From positions 1,034 to 65,033 of the forward strand of contig CALCZR010000058.1 in NCBI GenBank assembly GCA_937903325.1: a DNA stretch of 64,000 nt, in the 5' to 3' direction. A program made the position numbers and the translations under genes. Below the pieces are notes generated by a model that was given only the letters and a program-made list of their open reading frames with translations, searched no databases and had not been told where the DNA came from. Below are positions 53,350-63,288 of the stretch, one piece after another (position 1 is the stretch's first letter; every line of letters starts with the position of its first letter). Source of the stretch: an uncultured Candidatus Saccharibacteria bacterium (GTDB taxonomy: Bacteria; Patescibacteriota; Saccharimonadia; Saccharimonadales; AWTP1-31).

Positions 53350-55183
53350 TTTTAGCGGCTGGTCCGGAACCAGTGTTAACTCTTTCGATCCAACTTCGCA
53401 ACAACCAACAATCTTTGCCACAGCTCTTGTCGCACGCTGTTTGAGCAGCTTGCCAGAAGCGAAACGCCTTACTCATAAAGCGGCAGACTTTTTACTGTCA
53501 CAACGAAGCTCTGAGTGGTCGTGGAATTACTGGCGACGTACGCCGCCAAAAGGAAAAGTACCAAGTTACCCCGACGACCTTGATGATACCGCCAACACAC
53601 TCGCTGCGCTCAGTCTTATTAAACCCAAGGTTATAGACGGTGCAGCGCTGGGGAGCATTGCCCAGCTTCTCATTGCAACAGAGCACAAAACAGGCGGACC
53701 ATACCGTACATGGATACACGCCCCCACCGCAAAATCCTGGCAAGATGTAGATGTTGTAGTGAATGCCAACATTGGCTACTTTTTATCTCTCCAGGGGGTA
53801 TCCGTGCCAGGGCTCAATGCCTTTCTGGCTCGATGCCTTACACAAAACAAACTCAACTCTCCATATTACATTGGTAATATTCCATGCTTATATTTCCTGG
53901 CAGGTTGGTACTCTGACGAAACCGGCATGCTCGATAGTAAACTCAAAAAACTGCTTACAAGGCCTGAGGAATTAAACAGCCTAATGCTCGGTCTTGTTAT
54001 TACAGCCAGCTGCAAACGAGACTTACCCCACGGTCAAATAGCTCCTGCCGTAAGCCAACTTATTTCACTGCAGCAGGAAGACCACTGGCCAGCTGAAGCT
54101 CTATATCTCGATCCGGCCAGTAAAGGGGTGCAGCACTATGCGGGATCTGAAGTCCTAACTACTGCATACGCCATTGAGGCGCTACAGACTTATGACACAC
54201 TTAGTCTGTCCAGAACCAAACCCGTAACGAAGGTAACTCGACGTAACTCTACACTTAATGCCGCACATAACTTTGGGCGTTCACTACCGCCAATAACGCG
54301 AGCTACGTACCGAGCAGGACTTACAATGATTGAACAGGCCGACAGTGCCTCGCAGATTACATTGGTAGCTAACTTGGCCGCAAAAGCATATGGTAAGCCA
54401 GTAGCTGCGTCCGTGTGCGAGCACCTTAACCTAGCCAGCCTGAATGGTTGGTTGGCCTACACCATATACGACGACTTTCTCGATGATGAAGGGCAGTCGC
54501 TGCAACTTGGAGCTGCCAACATTGCCCAGCGCCAGATGCTGTGGCACTTTGACAATGCACTACCCAAAAACACCGACTACCACAACTTAGTGCGTGATGT
54601 ACTGACCGTCGTGGACACTGCCAATACCTGGGAGATAGCCCACGCGCGGGCCACGAAAAGTGGTTCTAAATTACAGTACACACTACCAAACTACGGCAGC
54701 TACCGGCAGTTAGCCGAGAAGTCCCAAGGTCACATGCTAGCTGTCTGCGGGGTAGCCATAGCATCCGGACTGGATATACAAAGTAGCGAGCTATATAACG
54801 TGCGTAGATTCTTCCACCATTTTCTTATTGCCAAACAGCTCAATGACGATGCTCATGACTGGCGAGAAGACTTACAGCGTGGGCATCTCAGTAGCGTGGT
54901 CTGTATGATCCTGCGGGACAAAGCTCCACGAACATGTTACTTGAGTCAGTTACCCAAGCTACGTTTGTATTTCTGGGAGACAACCATCCATGAAGTTTCT
55001 GGTCTTGTTCTGCATCACATTAAACAAGCTAGGCGCCACCTAGCCCTAAGTGGTATGCAGAACCCAGAAATCCTTGAAGCGTTGTTGAGCCCCTTAGAGA
55101 AGGGTGCACTGGATGCTACCGCTCAACAAGCTCAGGCTCAGGACTTTATTAGCTCTTACTCCAAAAGTACGGTGCAATCGTGA
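53285..55183 (+). CDS. fusion protein: class II terpene cyclase-like repeat domain (DLDDTA) plus a class I isoprenoid synthase-like domain (two DDxxD motifs)
   Basis: QW-like repeats (FLSQNQLPDGSF, DFLLSQ..W, QLISLQQEDHW). DDLDDTA at 53573-53593. DDFLD at 54470-54484 and DDAHD at 54845-54859, 125 aa apart. The first ATG is at 53285; the upstream part of the ORF overlaps the kinase. Confidence 0.7.
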   Translation: MHQIIIQNALAFLSQNQLPDGSFSGWSGTSVNSFDPTSQQPTIFATALVARCLSSLPEAKRLTHKAADFLLSQRSSEWSWNYWRRTPPKGKVPSYPDDLDDTANTLAALSLIKPKVIDGAALGSIAQLLIATEHKTGGPYRTWIHAPTAKSWQDVDVVVNANIGYFLSLQGVSVPGLNAFLARCLTQNKLNSPYYIGNIPCLYFLAGWYSDETGMLDSKLKKLLTRPEELNSLMLGLVITASCKRDLPHGQIAPAVSQLISLQQEDHWPAEALYLDPASKGVQHYAGSEVLTTAYAIEALQTYDTLSLSRTKPVTKVTRRNSTLNAAHNFGRSLPPITRATYRAGLTMIEQADSASQITLVANLAAKAYGKPVAASVCEHLNLASLNGWLAYTIYDDFLDDEGQSLQLGAANIAQRQMLWHFDNALPKNTDYHNLVRDVLTVVDTANTWEIAHARATKSGSKLQYTLPNYGSYRQLAEKSQGHMLAVCGVAIASGLDIQSSELYNVRRFFHHFLIAKQLNDDAHDWREDLQRGHLSSVVCMILRDKAPRTCYLSQLPKLRLYFWETTIHEVSGLVLHHIKQARRHLALSGMQNPEILEALLSPLEKGALDATAQQAQAQDFISSYSKSTVQS

Positions 55184-56265
55184 GCAACCTACCATTGTCA
55201 CTCAAAGCATGGGATCGCCGCCTCATTGAGAAGGAGCTGTCTGCAGTCCTCAAGCAGCAAAAAGCAGCAGCTCTAACTATTGATCCAGCCTACGCCGACT
55301 TGCTACTCCATGTTCAGGAACTCGTGTCCCGGGGAGGTAAACGCGTCCGACCCTATTTAGTAGAGCTGGCCTACAAAGGCTATGGTGGCAGGCAGCTTTC
55401 AAAGATTAGAAAAGTAGCTGCCTCTCAAGAGTTATTCCATGCCTTTATCTTAATGCACGACGACATTATTGACCGTGACTATGTGCGGTGGGGTGGCCCT
55501 AATATTACGGGTCACTACCAACAGTATTTCGAGAAGTTTGTGAACCCGACGGAAGCTGCCCACTATGCCTCAAGCTGGGGTTTGCTCGCCGGGGATGCTT
55601 GTCTCGGTATATCCAACAAACTACTCTCGGAGAGCGGTTTTGCTGCCACCAAGAATTTGGCGGCATTGTCGATGGTACAGCAAACACTGTTTGCCATGAT
55701 CGGGGGTGAACTGGTAGATACGGTACTGCCCATTGTGACAAAACCGGGGCAGACAGTAGACCAGGAACGCATACTGGCCGTATGCCAGTATAAGACATCG
55801 ACATATAGTTTTTGTACTCCTTTGCAGCTTGGAGCCTTGTTTGCAGGTGCGGACAGCAAAGAGATCACACTACTCGAAGAATTTGGACACGCTCTGGGGA
55901 TTGCCTACCAGCTCCGCGACGACGTACTAGACGTTTACTGTGATGAGCAAACACTCGGTAAGCCCACTGCATCCGATCTTGTTGAAGGTAAGCAAACTAT
56001 TCTACTGCAATATGGGCTAGCCCTGTGCAGTCCTGCCGACCGAAAAACATTAGTACGGTCACTGAAGTCAGCCAAGCTAACAAGCGTACAGCTAGCCACA
56101 GTTCAAGACATCTTGGTTCGCAGTGGAGCACGGGCTAAAACTGAAGCACTCATGAACCACTTCTGCCAGAAAGCTCTGCTCATACTAGACCGGACGAACC
56201 TCAGCACAGACAGCAAGGTAGCACTACAAGAACTCGTTACATACTGCGCCGAGCGTCCTTGTTAG
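55180..56265 (+). CDS. trans-polyprenyl diphosphate synthase
   Basis: GGKRVRP, FARM MHDDIIDRD, SARM YQLRDDVLD, GKPTASDLVEGKQT. GTG start overlapping the upstream stop (GTGA). Confidence 0.88.
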   Translation: MSNLPLSLKAWDRRLIEKELSAVLKQQKAAALTIDPAYADLLLHVQELVSRGGKRVRPYLVELAYKGYGGRQLSKIRKVAASQELFHAFILMHDDIIDRDYVRWGGPNITGHYQQYFEKFVNPTEAAHYASSWGLLAGDACLGISNKLLSESGFAATKNLAALSMVQQTLFAMIGGELVDTVLPIVTKPGQTVDQERILAVCQYKTSTYSFCTPLQLGALFAGADSKEITLLEEFGHALGIAYQLRDDVLDVYCDEQTLGKPTASDLVEGKQTILLQYGLALCSPADRKTLVRSLKSAKLTSVQLATVQDILVRSGARAKTEALMNHFCQKALLILDRTNLSTDSKVALQELVTYCAERPC

Positions 56266-56283
56266 CTCTCTGTAATTGAGATT

Positions 56284-56754
56284 TTGTCTCAATTTATATA
56301 TACTAAGTTAGTGAACGAACAAGACATTGAACTCCTCAGAAAAGTCCTCAAAGAGCACGGCCAAAGCCTAACGACGGCACGTCGTACCATCTGTGAAGCT
56401 CTGTGGGATCATGAACCGCAGACCATGCGCCAGCTTATCGACCGCACGCAGGGCAAGGTTAACAGAGCCAGTCTGTACCGCACCATAGAGCTATTCGAGA
56501 AACTCGGGCTAGTGAACCGTATCTATATTGGCTGGAAATACAAAATTGAACTCAGTGATACACTGACACATCACCACCACCATGTAAGTTGCGTTCAATG
56601 CGGTAAGGTAACCGCTATTCGAGAAGAACAGGCTGTTGAGAAACTTATACATGCCTTGGCCCAGAAATACGGGGTGACCCCACAGCAGCACCAGTTAGAA
56701 ATACAAGGCGTGTGCACGGATTGCCAGACTAAAGCACCAACAAAACTCTCCTAA
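56284..56754 (+). CDS. Fur family transcriptional regulator
   Basis: wHTH (RASLYRTIELFEKLGLV), an HHHHH cluster, and CVQCGK...CTDCQ zinc motifs. TTG start; a GTG alternative lies 9 codons in. Confidence 0.85.
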   Translation: MSQFIYTKLVNEQDIELLRKVLKEHGQSLTTARRTICEALWDHEPQTMRQLIDRTQGKVNRASLYRTIELFEKLGLVNRIYIGWKYKIELSDTLTHHHHHVSCVQCGKVTAIREEQAVEKLIHALAQKYGVTPQQHQLEIQGVCTDCQTKAPTKLS

Positions 56755-56792
56755 CTTTATCCTTTAGGCATTGTCCTTTATACTTACTGGTA

Positions 56793-58019
56793 ATGGCTAA
56801 CTCTACAACAAAGATTCTTGTTATTGGTGGTGGCTTTGCGGGTGTCAAAACCGTCCGTAAACTCTACAAGAATCCCAATCTCGACATCACCCTTATTACT
56901 AACGAACCAACATTTCGCTACGGTGCGACTATCTGGCGGGCAACGACCGGGTATCTGAAGAACACTTCGTACATGCCGGTCGTGGATCTTATCCCCAAAT
57001 CCCCCAACGTCCACCTCGCGTTTGACACAGCTACCAAGATTAACCGCGAGAAGCGTGAAGTAACCTTTAGCTCAGGTGAAACTTTGTCGTATGACTACTG
57101 CGTCATTGGGCTCGGTGTGGTTACGAGCTACTTTGGCATTAAAGGCCTGGAAGAATTCTCCTATAGTATTAAGTCCAGCGAGGGCTTCGATAAGTTCCGT
57201 GAACACCTCCACCAGGAACTCATTGATGAGAACGCACTCGATAAGAACTACGTGATCGTTGGTGCCGGACCAACAGGCGTAGAACTCGCTGCAGCACTGC
57301 GCAGCTATCTGAAGCAAGTAGCCAAAAAACATCACTTGCGTTCTAGCAAGGTAAATATGGAACTAGTCGAAGCTGCGCCACGCGTACTACCCATGCTTTC
57401 CGAAAAAGCATCACGCTTGACGCATAAGCGCCTCCAGAAACTTGGTGTCCATATACAAACTAATACCGCCGTAAAAGGCGAGACCAAGAACACTATTAAT
57501 GTAGGTGGAGTATCAGTACCAAGTCATACCGTTATATGGACCGCTGGGGTAACGTGTAATCCGTTCTTTACGGATAATGCTGACCAGTTCACCTTAAACG
57601 AACGTAAGCGCGTGGAAGTGGACGACCACTTACGTGTAGATGAGCATACCTTTGTGATCGGTGACAGTGCGGCCACCAAGTACAGTGGGTTAGCACTTAC
57701 GGCACTGCATAACGCTAGCTATGTAGCTAAAGTCATTGAACTCGCAACGCACAAGAAAGCCATGCCCGCCTACAAACCGCTAAAGCCAATTACCATCATT
57801 CCCGTCGGGGAAGGCTGGTCAATTCTGGAATGGCGCAAGCTTACCATGAGTGGTCGAGTTACGTCTTGGCTGCGAACCTTGTATGACTTCTTTGGTTACG
57901 GAGAAGTAATGGGGCTGCGAGGGGCTTTTGGTGTCTGGCTCAGACGCAACAAACGGCACGAGGATTGTGAGCACTGTACGAGTGCTAAAATTACTCAAAC
58001 TCCCAAAACGACCGCGTAA
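56793..58019 (+). CDS. NAD(P)/FAD-dependent oxidoreductase, type II NADH dehydrogenase-like
   Basis: Two dinucleotide-binding motifs, ILVIGGGFAGV and VIVGAGPTGVELA, plus a C-terminal GD(S/C)A motif (IGDSAA). Confidence 0.8.
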   Translation: MANSTTKILVIGGGFAGVKTVRKLYKNPNLDITLITNEPTFRYGATIWRATTGYLKNTSYMPVVDLIPKSPNVHLAFDTATKINREKREVTFSSGETLSYDYCVIGLGVVTSYFGIKGLEEFSYSIKSSEGFDKFREHLHQELIDENALDKNYVIVGAGPTGVELAAALRSYLKQVAKKHHLRSSKVNMELVEAAPRVLPMLSEKASRLTHKRLQKLGVHIQTNTAVKGETKNTINVGGVSVPSHTVIWTAGVTCNPFFTDNADQFTLNERKRVEVDDHLRVDEHTFVIGDSAATKYSGLALTALHNASYVAKVIELATHKKAMPAYKPLKPITIIPVGEGWSILEWRKLTMSGRVTSWLRTLYDFFGYGEVMGLRGAFGVWLRRNKRHEDCEHCTSAKITQTPKTTA

Positions 58020-58036
58020 CCGCTACAATATAAGAG

Positions 58037-61000
58037 ATGAGTACATCTGGGGTTTTTGAAGATTCATACGCACGGCTCAATGCTGCACAGAAAAGTGCAG
58101 TAGATGCTATAGACGGCCCTGTTTTGGTGGTAGCAGGACCGGGCACCGGCAAGACGCAGCTTCTCAGCATGCGGGTAGCCAACATCCTGCGCCAAACTGA
58201 TACCGACCCAGGCAACATTTTGTGTCTGACGTTTACTAATAAAGCAGCCGTTAACATGCGCGAGCGCCTTATCGAACTCACTGGCGGAGAAGCAAGCGGC
58301 GTCATGGTCAAGACCTTTCACAGCTTTGCCGCCGAACTCATGAATATATATCCAGACTATTTCTGGAATGGTGCAAAACTTAGCACCGCGCCGGACGCTA
58401 CGCAGATTGAGATCATCCAAGATATCCTTGGAAGGTTGCCGCTCAGCAACCCACTAGCACTGCGTTTTGCCGGCAATTTCACCGCCGGACGAGATGTAAA
58501 GAATGCTCTGCGTAATGTTAAGGAAGCTGGGCTAACTCCAGATAAGCTCAAAGCCTTGGTTGAGGCTAACCTGGCCTATCTGGATGAAATAGAACCAAAG
58601 CTCATAGACATATTGAGTGCACCGCTCAGTGCTAAAAATCTACCAGCACTCAAAGAAAAGATAGACAGTCTGCCAGATCAAGGAATCGGCACCTCGCTAT
58701 TACCGCTCCAAGATCTTGGTCATACCATTAAGGAAAGCCTGGGCTTTGCTCTGCAACAGGACGAAGGCACTAACAAAACCAAGCATACTGGCAAATGGAA
58801 ACAGCGCTGGATCCAAAGTGTAGAAGGCACGAAGGGCATGTTCAAGGAACGGGAACGTAATGTCTGGTGGCTTAACCTGGCAGACGTATACGCATCCTAT
58901 CGCAACAGTCTGCACCTCCGTGGCTATTACGACTACTCCGACATGATCGTGGAGGTCATCACGCAGTTACAGACTCACGCGAGCATGCGTGCAGATGCCC
59001 AGGAGCGATTCCTTTACGTACTGATCGATGAGTTTCAGGATACCAATGCCGCACAGTTGCAGCTTGCGCATCTCATTGCCAACCACCCACTAAGTGGCGA
59101 TAAACCCAACCTTATGGCCGTTGGTGACGACGACCAGTCTATCTACAAGTTTAATGGTGCAGAGCTCAACAATATGCTTTCGTTCCAAGCCAGCTACCCA
59201 AGTACCAAACTTATTGTCCTAACTGAGAACTACCGCTCCAGTCAGAAGATTTTAGACATGTCCGCCACCATTATTAACCAAATAGAAGACCGCTTGGTAA
59301 CTCGTATGCCAGACCTAAAAAAAGATCTAGTTGCCCGCAACGAACCCAAAGAACCTGGCTTGCTTACACACCAAAGCTACGCCACAGAAGAACACGAACT
59401 CAGCAGTCTCGCCGATGACATTGCCGAGAAGCATGAAACAAACAAGGAGAGTATCGCCGTACTCGCTCGTGACCATGCCAGCCTCAGACGTATTGCTGCA
59501 CTCTTAGATAGCCGACATGTTCCGGTACGTTACGAACAGCAGAGTAACATCCTTGACCACCAAGCCGTATTACATATTCACCACATCGCATCATTACTGC
59601 TGGCTATCCAGGAAGGTGACAAAGTTAATGTTGACGTGTTACTCGCTAAAGTTCTACGTGCACCCATGTGGCAATTATCTCCCGAACAGCTTTGGTCATT
59701 GGCTATAAGTGCGCGACAGGGGAAAAGCTGGTTGGACCTACTGAGTAGTAGCTCAGATCCAAAGTTATCTGATATAGCTCAGTGGCTCCTTTGGCTGTCT
59801 GTCCAAGCCAGCCAGGAGCCTTTGGCCGTCACGCTCGAATATATTATTGGTCTGCGACCTGGCGAAGCACTAACCAGCCCTTTACGCGAACATTACCTAG
59901 CGCACACCCAAATAGATACCGATTACCTCGAAGCTCTGTCGGCCATACGTTTGCTCAAGTCATTAGCTAACGACTTTGCTCGAAATACCAGTGCTGAGTT
60001 TGCGGACTTTGTACGCTTCGTACAACTGGCCATAGATAGCGGAGAGATAATCGCCGATGAATCCGTGTTCGTAACCGGCGACAATGCCGTAGAGCTTCTG
60101 ACTGTGCACAAAGCCAAAGGCCTGGAATACGATACGGTATACGTAATAAATGCCGTGGACGGGTCCTGGAAGCCAAGCGCCGCCGGGCGCAAGTGCCCAG
60201 CAAACCTACCCCTGCAACCTGCCGGAGATGACATAGATGACTACGCCCGTCTTATGTATGTAGCTACCACTCGAGCTAAACGTTCGCTCATTGCCGCCAG
60301 CTACCGTGAAGACCTTGCAGGCAAGGAAGTCTTGGCCACACCACTTATACACGAAGCCTTGGAAGTCACTGAAATTGCCGCCAATGAAACGACTAACCCT
60401 GTGGCACTATTAGAAGAACATTTGAAGTGGCCACACTTAAACGTCGCTGACGAAAAACGCAATCTGTCTAGCCAGCTCGATTCATTCGCTTTGAGTGCGT
60501 CGTCACTCCTAGATTTTCTGGACGTCAGTAAAGGCGGGCCTGAGTATTTCTTCGAACGACACTTGCTGCATTTGCCCGAGGCTCAGTCGACTAGCATGGC
60601 ATTTGGTACCGCCATACATGCTGCGCTAGAGTACGCACAAGTAGCCGTAAATAGTGGCAACCTAGATACCAAGAAAGTACTCGCCCATTACGAAACAACA
60701 CTTACCAACCAGTTCCTTCCAACGCACGAATACCAACGTTTCTTGGAACACGGGAAAGAACTACTAACCAAGTTACTCGCCAGTGATACCTTCTGGATCG
60801 GGAAGGGCGGGCTGGCCGAACAGAGCATGGGAGACATCCGAATTGGAGAGGCAAGCCTGAAAGGTACACTCGACCGTATCGATGTCAAAAACGACGAACT
60901 GACAATTATTGACTACAAAACAGGCAAGCCACTCGGAAGCTTTATTACCCGTGACCAGACCAAGGCACTTAAAGCCTGGCGTCACCGAATGCAATTAACA

Positions 61001-61264
61001 TTCTACGCACTACTCGTGCAGAACAGCAGTCGTTTCCGGCCCAAGACAATTACCGGACAAATGTGGTACGTAGAAGCCTCGAGCCCCAAGGAACTTATCC
61101 GAGAGTACATTCCAAGTGTCGAGGAATTAGATCGGCTAGAGAAGCTTATCCAAGCTGTCTGGCCTAAAATTAAGGGACTAAACCTACCGGACATTACGAA
61201 CTACTCACCGGACTACACAGGCATCCAGGCATTTGAACAAGATCTTTTAGACGGAAAAATATAG
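58037..61264 (+). CDS. UvrD/Rep-type helicase with a C-terminal PD-(D/E)xK (RecB-like) nuclease domain
   Basis: Walker A AGPGTGKTQ, DEFQDTN, ENYRSS, TVHKAKGLEYD, VATTRAK. C-terminal GTLDRIDV...IIDYKTGK nuclease motif. Confidence 0.88.
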   Translation: MSTSGVFEDSYARLNAAQKSAVDAIDGPVLVVAGPGTGKTQLLSMRVANILRQTDTDPGNILCLTFTNKAAVNMRERLIELTGGEASGVMVKTFHSFAAELMNIYPDYFWNGAKLSTAPDATQIEIIQDILGRLPLSNPLALRFAGNFTAGRDVKNALRNVKEAGLTPDKLKALVEANLAYLDEIEPKLIDILSAPLSAKNLPALKEKIDSLPDQGIGTSLLPLQDLGHTIKESLGFALQQDEGTNKTKHTGKWKQRWIQSVEGTKGMFKERERNVWWLNLADVYASYRNSLHLRGYYDYSDMIVEVITQLQTHASMRADAQERFLYVLIDEFQDTNAAQLQLAHLIANHPLSGDKPNLMAVGDDDQSIYKFNGAELNNMLSFQASYPSTKLIVLTENYRSSQKILDMSATIINQIEDRLVTRMPDLKKDLVARNEPKEPGLLTHQSYATEEHELSSLADDIAEKHETNKESIAVLARDHASLRRIAALLDSRHVPVRYEQQSNILDHQAVLHIHHIASLLLAIQEGDKVNVDVLLAKVLRAPMWQLSPEQLWSLAISARQGKSWLDLLSSSSDPKLSDIAQWLLWLSVQASQEPLAVTLEYIIGLRPGEALTSPLREHYLAHTQIDTDYLEALSAIRLLKSLANDFARNTSAEFADFVRFVQLAIDSGEIIADESVFVTGDNAVELLTVHKAKGLEYDTVYVINAVDGSWKPSAAGRKCPANLPLQPAGDDIDDYARLMYVATTRAKRSLIAASYREDLAGKEVLATPLIHEALEVTEIAANETTNPVALLEEHLKWPHLNVADEKRNLSSQLDSFALSASSLLDFLDVSKGGPEYFFERHLLHLPEAQSTSMAFGTAIHAALEYAQVAVNSGNLDTKKVLAHYETTLTNQFLPTHEYQRFLEHGKELLTKLLASDTFWIGKGGLAEQSMGDIRIGEASLKGTLDRIDVKNDELTIIDYKTGKPLGSFITRDQTKALKAWRHRMQLTFYALLVQNSSRFRPKTITGQMWYVEASSPKELIREYIPSVEELDRLEKLIQAVWPKIKGLNLPDITNYSPDYTGIQAFEQDLLDGKI

Positions 61265-61333
61265 CAAATAATAAGACCCCGTGGTAACGAGGCCTTATCT
61301 ATTAGCTAGTACAGTTAACTATTTGCCAGTAAA

Positions 61334-62071
61334 CTAGCGGCGCTTTTTAGCGGCTGGCTTCTTAGCAGTTTTGCTGGCAGGCTTTTTCTTAGCAGCGGCC
61401 ACTTTGGTTGTAGTGGTCTTGCGTGCAGCTACAACAGCAGGTCGCTTAATAACGACTTCATCACTAAATACTAGTGCGTACAAGTTCATACCGACAATTG
61501 AGCCAATGATTGGACCAACGGCGTATTCAACGCTGAACGAACGGATAGACCACGCAACAGCTGGGTTAAGTACCGCGTTTGATCCGAGAGATGCAACCAG
61601 GATACCGATAAACAGTGAACCACCAACCGTAAAGGCGAGCTTAGTTCCTTCGTATTTCTGGTAGACAGCACTGGCAACACCAAAACCGAATACTAATGCA
61701 CCGGCCGCCTCCGCAATGAGGAACTTCCAGTCAAACTCTTCAGCCGTGAGGTTGTTGAGCGTGTGACCGAGGAAGTAGCGGATGACGCCAAGAGCAGCAA
61801 AGGCACCGACAACTTGGGCAGCAATGTAGAGCAATGCTTGTGTAGTCTTAATCTTACGAACACTCCACAGACCAAGCGTAATAGCTGGGTTAACATGTGC
61901 TCCGGATGCAGAACCGATTGTATGCACCAACAAACCAAGTGTTGTACCTGCAACAAGTCCTACAAAGAGCGAAGATGCTCCTTGACCAGCAATAGCATAG
62001 ACTGCTGTTGCCAGAACCGTAACTCCCATTAATTCAGCCACCACCATGGCGACCTTTTGACGACTTACCAT
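61334..62071 (-). CDS. MIP/aquaporin family channel with a Lys/Ala-rich C-terminal tail
   Basis: Two NPA boxes (HVNPAITL, VLNPAVAW) and six TM segments. Tail AARKTTTTKVAAAKKKPASKTAKKPAAKKRR. Confidence 0.88.
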   Translation of the reverse strand: MVSRQKVAMVVAELMGVTVLATAVYAIAGQGASSLFVGLVAGTTLGLLVHTIGSASGAHVNPAITLGLWSVRKIKTTQALLYIAAQVVGAFAALGVIRYFLGHTLNNLTAEEFDWKFLIAEAAGALVFGFGVASAVYQKYEGTKLAFTVGGSLFIGILVASLGSNAVLNPAVAWSIRSFSVEYAVGPIIGSIVGMNLYALVFSDEVVIKRPAVVAARKTTTTKVAAAKKKPASKTAKKPAAKKRR

Positions 62072-62155
62072 TTTACCCTCCTTAGAATAACTAATGCTTA
62101 AACAATAGTACGAAGGGGCGAGAAAAGCAAATAGCTGACGCCGTAGTTTTTACTA

Positions 62156-63196
62156 CTATGCTGCTTTTTCTTGGGCTACTGGTTGCTCAACAGCTCCAGA
62201 AACGACATATACAGGGAGATCACCCTTCGTTAATGTTCCGGCTGTACCGAGTGTGTAGACCAACATACTGAGGAATGCTGTGCGTTGCTTCTGTTCATCC
62301 TTAGGGTGCTTCTTCTGTGCAAGAGTAATAAGTCGAGGAACGTCAACTGCAAACACCTGTGTCTTACCGTCAGTAGCCTCAACAACATAACCCTGATCAA
62401 CGGTATAGCCACTTACAAGATTGAGCACGATAGCAGCCTCGAGGTGTGCATCTTGTAGCTCTTTTACGACAGCGCCTTCGCCTTCAGTGTCGTCCATGAT
62501 CTCATCCATAACTTCACTTCCAGCATAGGCTTGATCCTTAATCTCGTCAGCATAGGCGACGAAGTTATCGAGGATTGTCCCAAGCCCTTCAGTATCGTCC
62601 GTAAGTAGAGGCACGGTAGCTTCAATTTGCTTTCGGTATTTAACTACGTTTTGCACAATAGCTGGTGCTTTATCGATAGCACCACAGCCACAGTTTTCAC
62701 CATGCGCATGGTTATCAGTGTGTGCACCAAACGGCACTTTTCGTTTACGTAGAATACCGATACCCTTGGACATGGCCTGACCTACGGTTAGACCATCTGC
62801 ATCACCCTCACCAATTACCGTAGCGGTCATCATAACAGCGCCACCGCCAAAGATCTTAGAGCGGTGAAGTGAACGCTTCATAGTCTCAACAGCATCACCA
62901 ACCTTTCGCTTAATCTTGCCCCACAAACGACCGTCGCCGCAGCCGTCATCATCGGCTTCAATTGGGACCAACAAACGCGGTGAGTGGATAGCCTCTTCAA
63001 GCTTCTCTAACGTTTCCGCTTCTAGTGGGTGAGCGTGTTCTGGATTATCAAGGCGGTCCTGTACGGAAATAGATCCGTCACCGAATCCTAAACCATCTGC
63101 ACTGAGTTTTTCTACTGCTGTATTTAACTGTGGTTGCATAGCTTCCTTTCTTTCTGGCACATCAAATCTAATCTCACCACTCGGTCCTCGTTCCAT
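62156..63196 (-). CDS. hypothetical protein with Cys/His-rich motifs
   Basis: 346-codon ORF with a GGGAGA RBS. Motifs DDDGCGDGR, GGGAVMM and HTDNHAHGENCGCGAIDK. Family not recognised. Confidence 0.55.
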   Translation of the reverse strand: MERGPSGEIRFDVPERKEAMQPQLNTAVEKLSADGLGFGDGSISVQDRLDNPEHAHPLEAETLEKLEEAIHSPRLLVPIEADDDGCGDGRLWGKIKRKVGDAVETMKRSLHRSKIFGGGAVMMTATVIGEGDADGLTVGQAMSKGIGILRKRKVPFGAHTDNHAHGENCGCGAIDKAPAIVQNVVKYRKQIEATVPLLTDDTEGLGTILDNFVAYADEIKDQAYAGSEVMDEIMDDTEGEGAVVKELQDAHLEAAIVLNLVSGYTVDQGYVVEATDGKTQVFAVDVPRLITLAQKKHPKDEQKQRTAFLSMLVYTLGTAGTLTKGDLPVYVVSGAVEQPVAQEKAA

Positions 63197-63288
63197 GTAT
63201 CTCCCTTTTTAGTGTCTGTATTTAGGCAACCAAAACATAGTACTATGCAGCCTTGAGATATTCAAGACCAAGATAGTTACTTCTGTTA

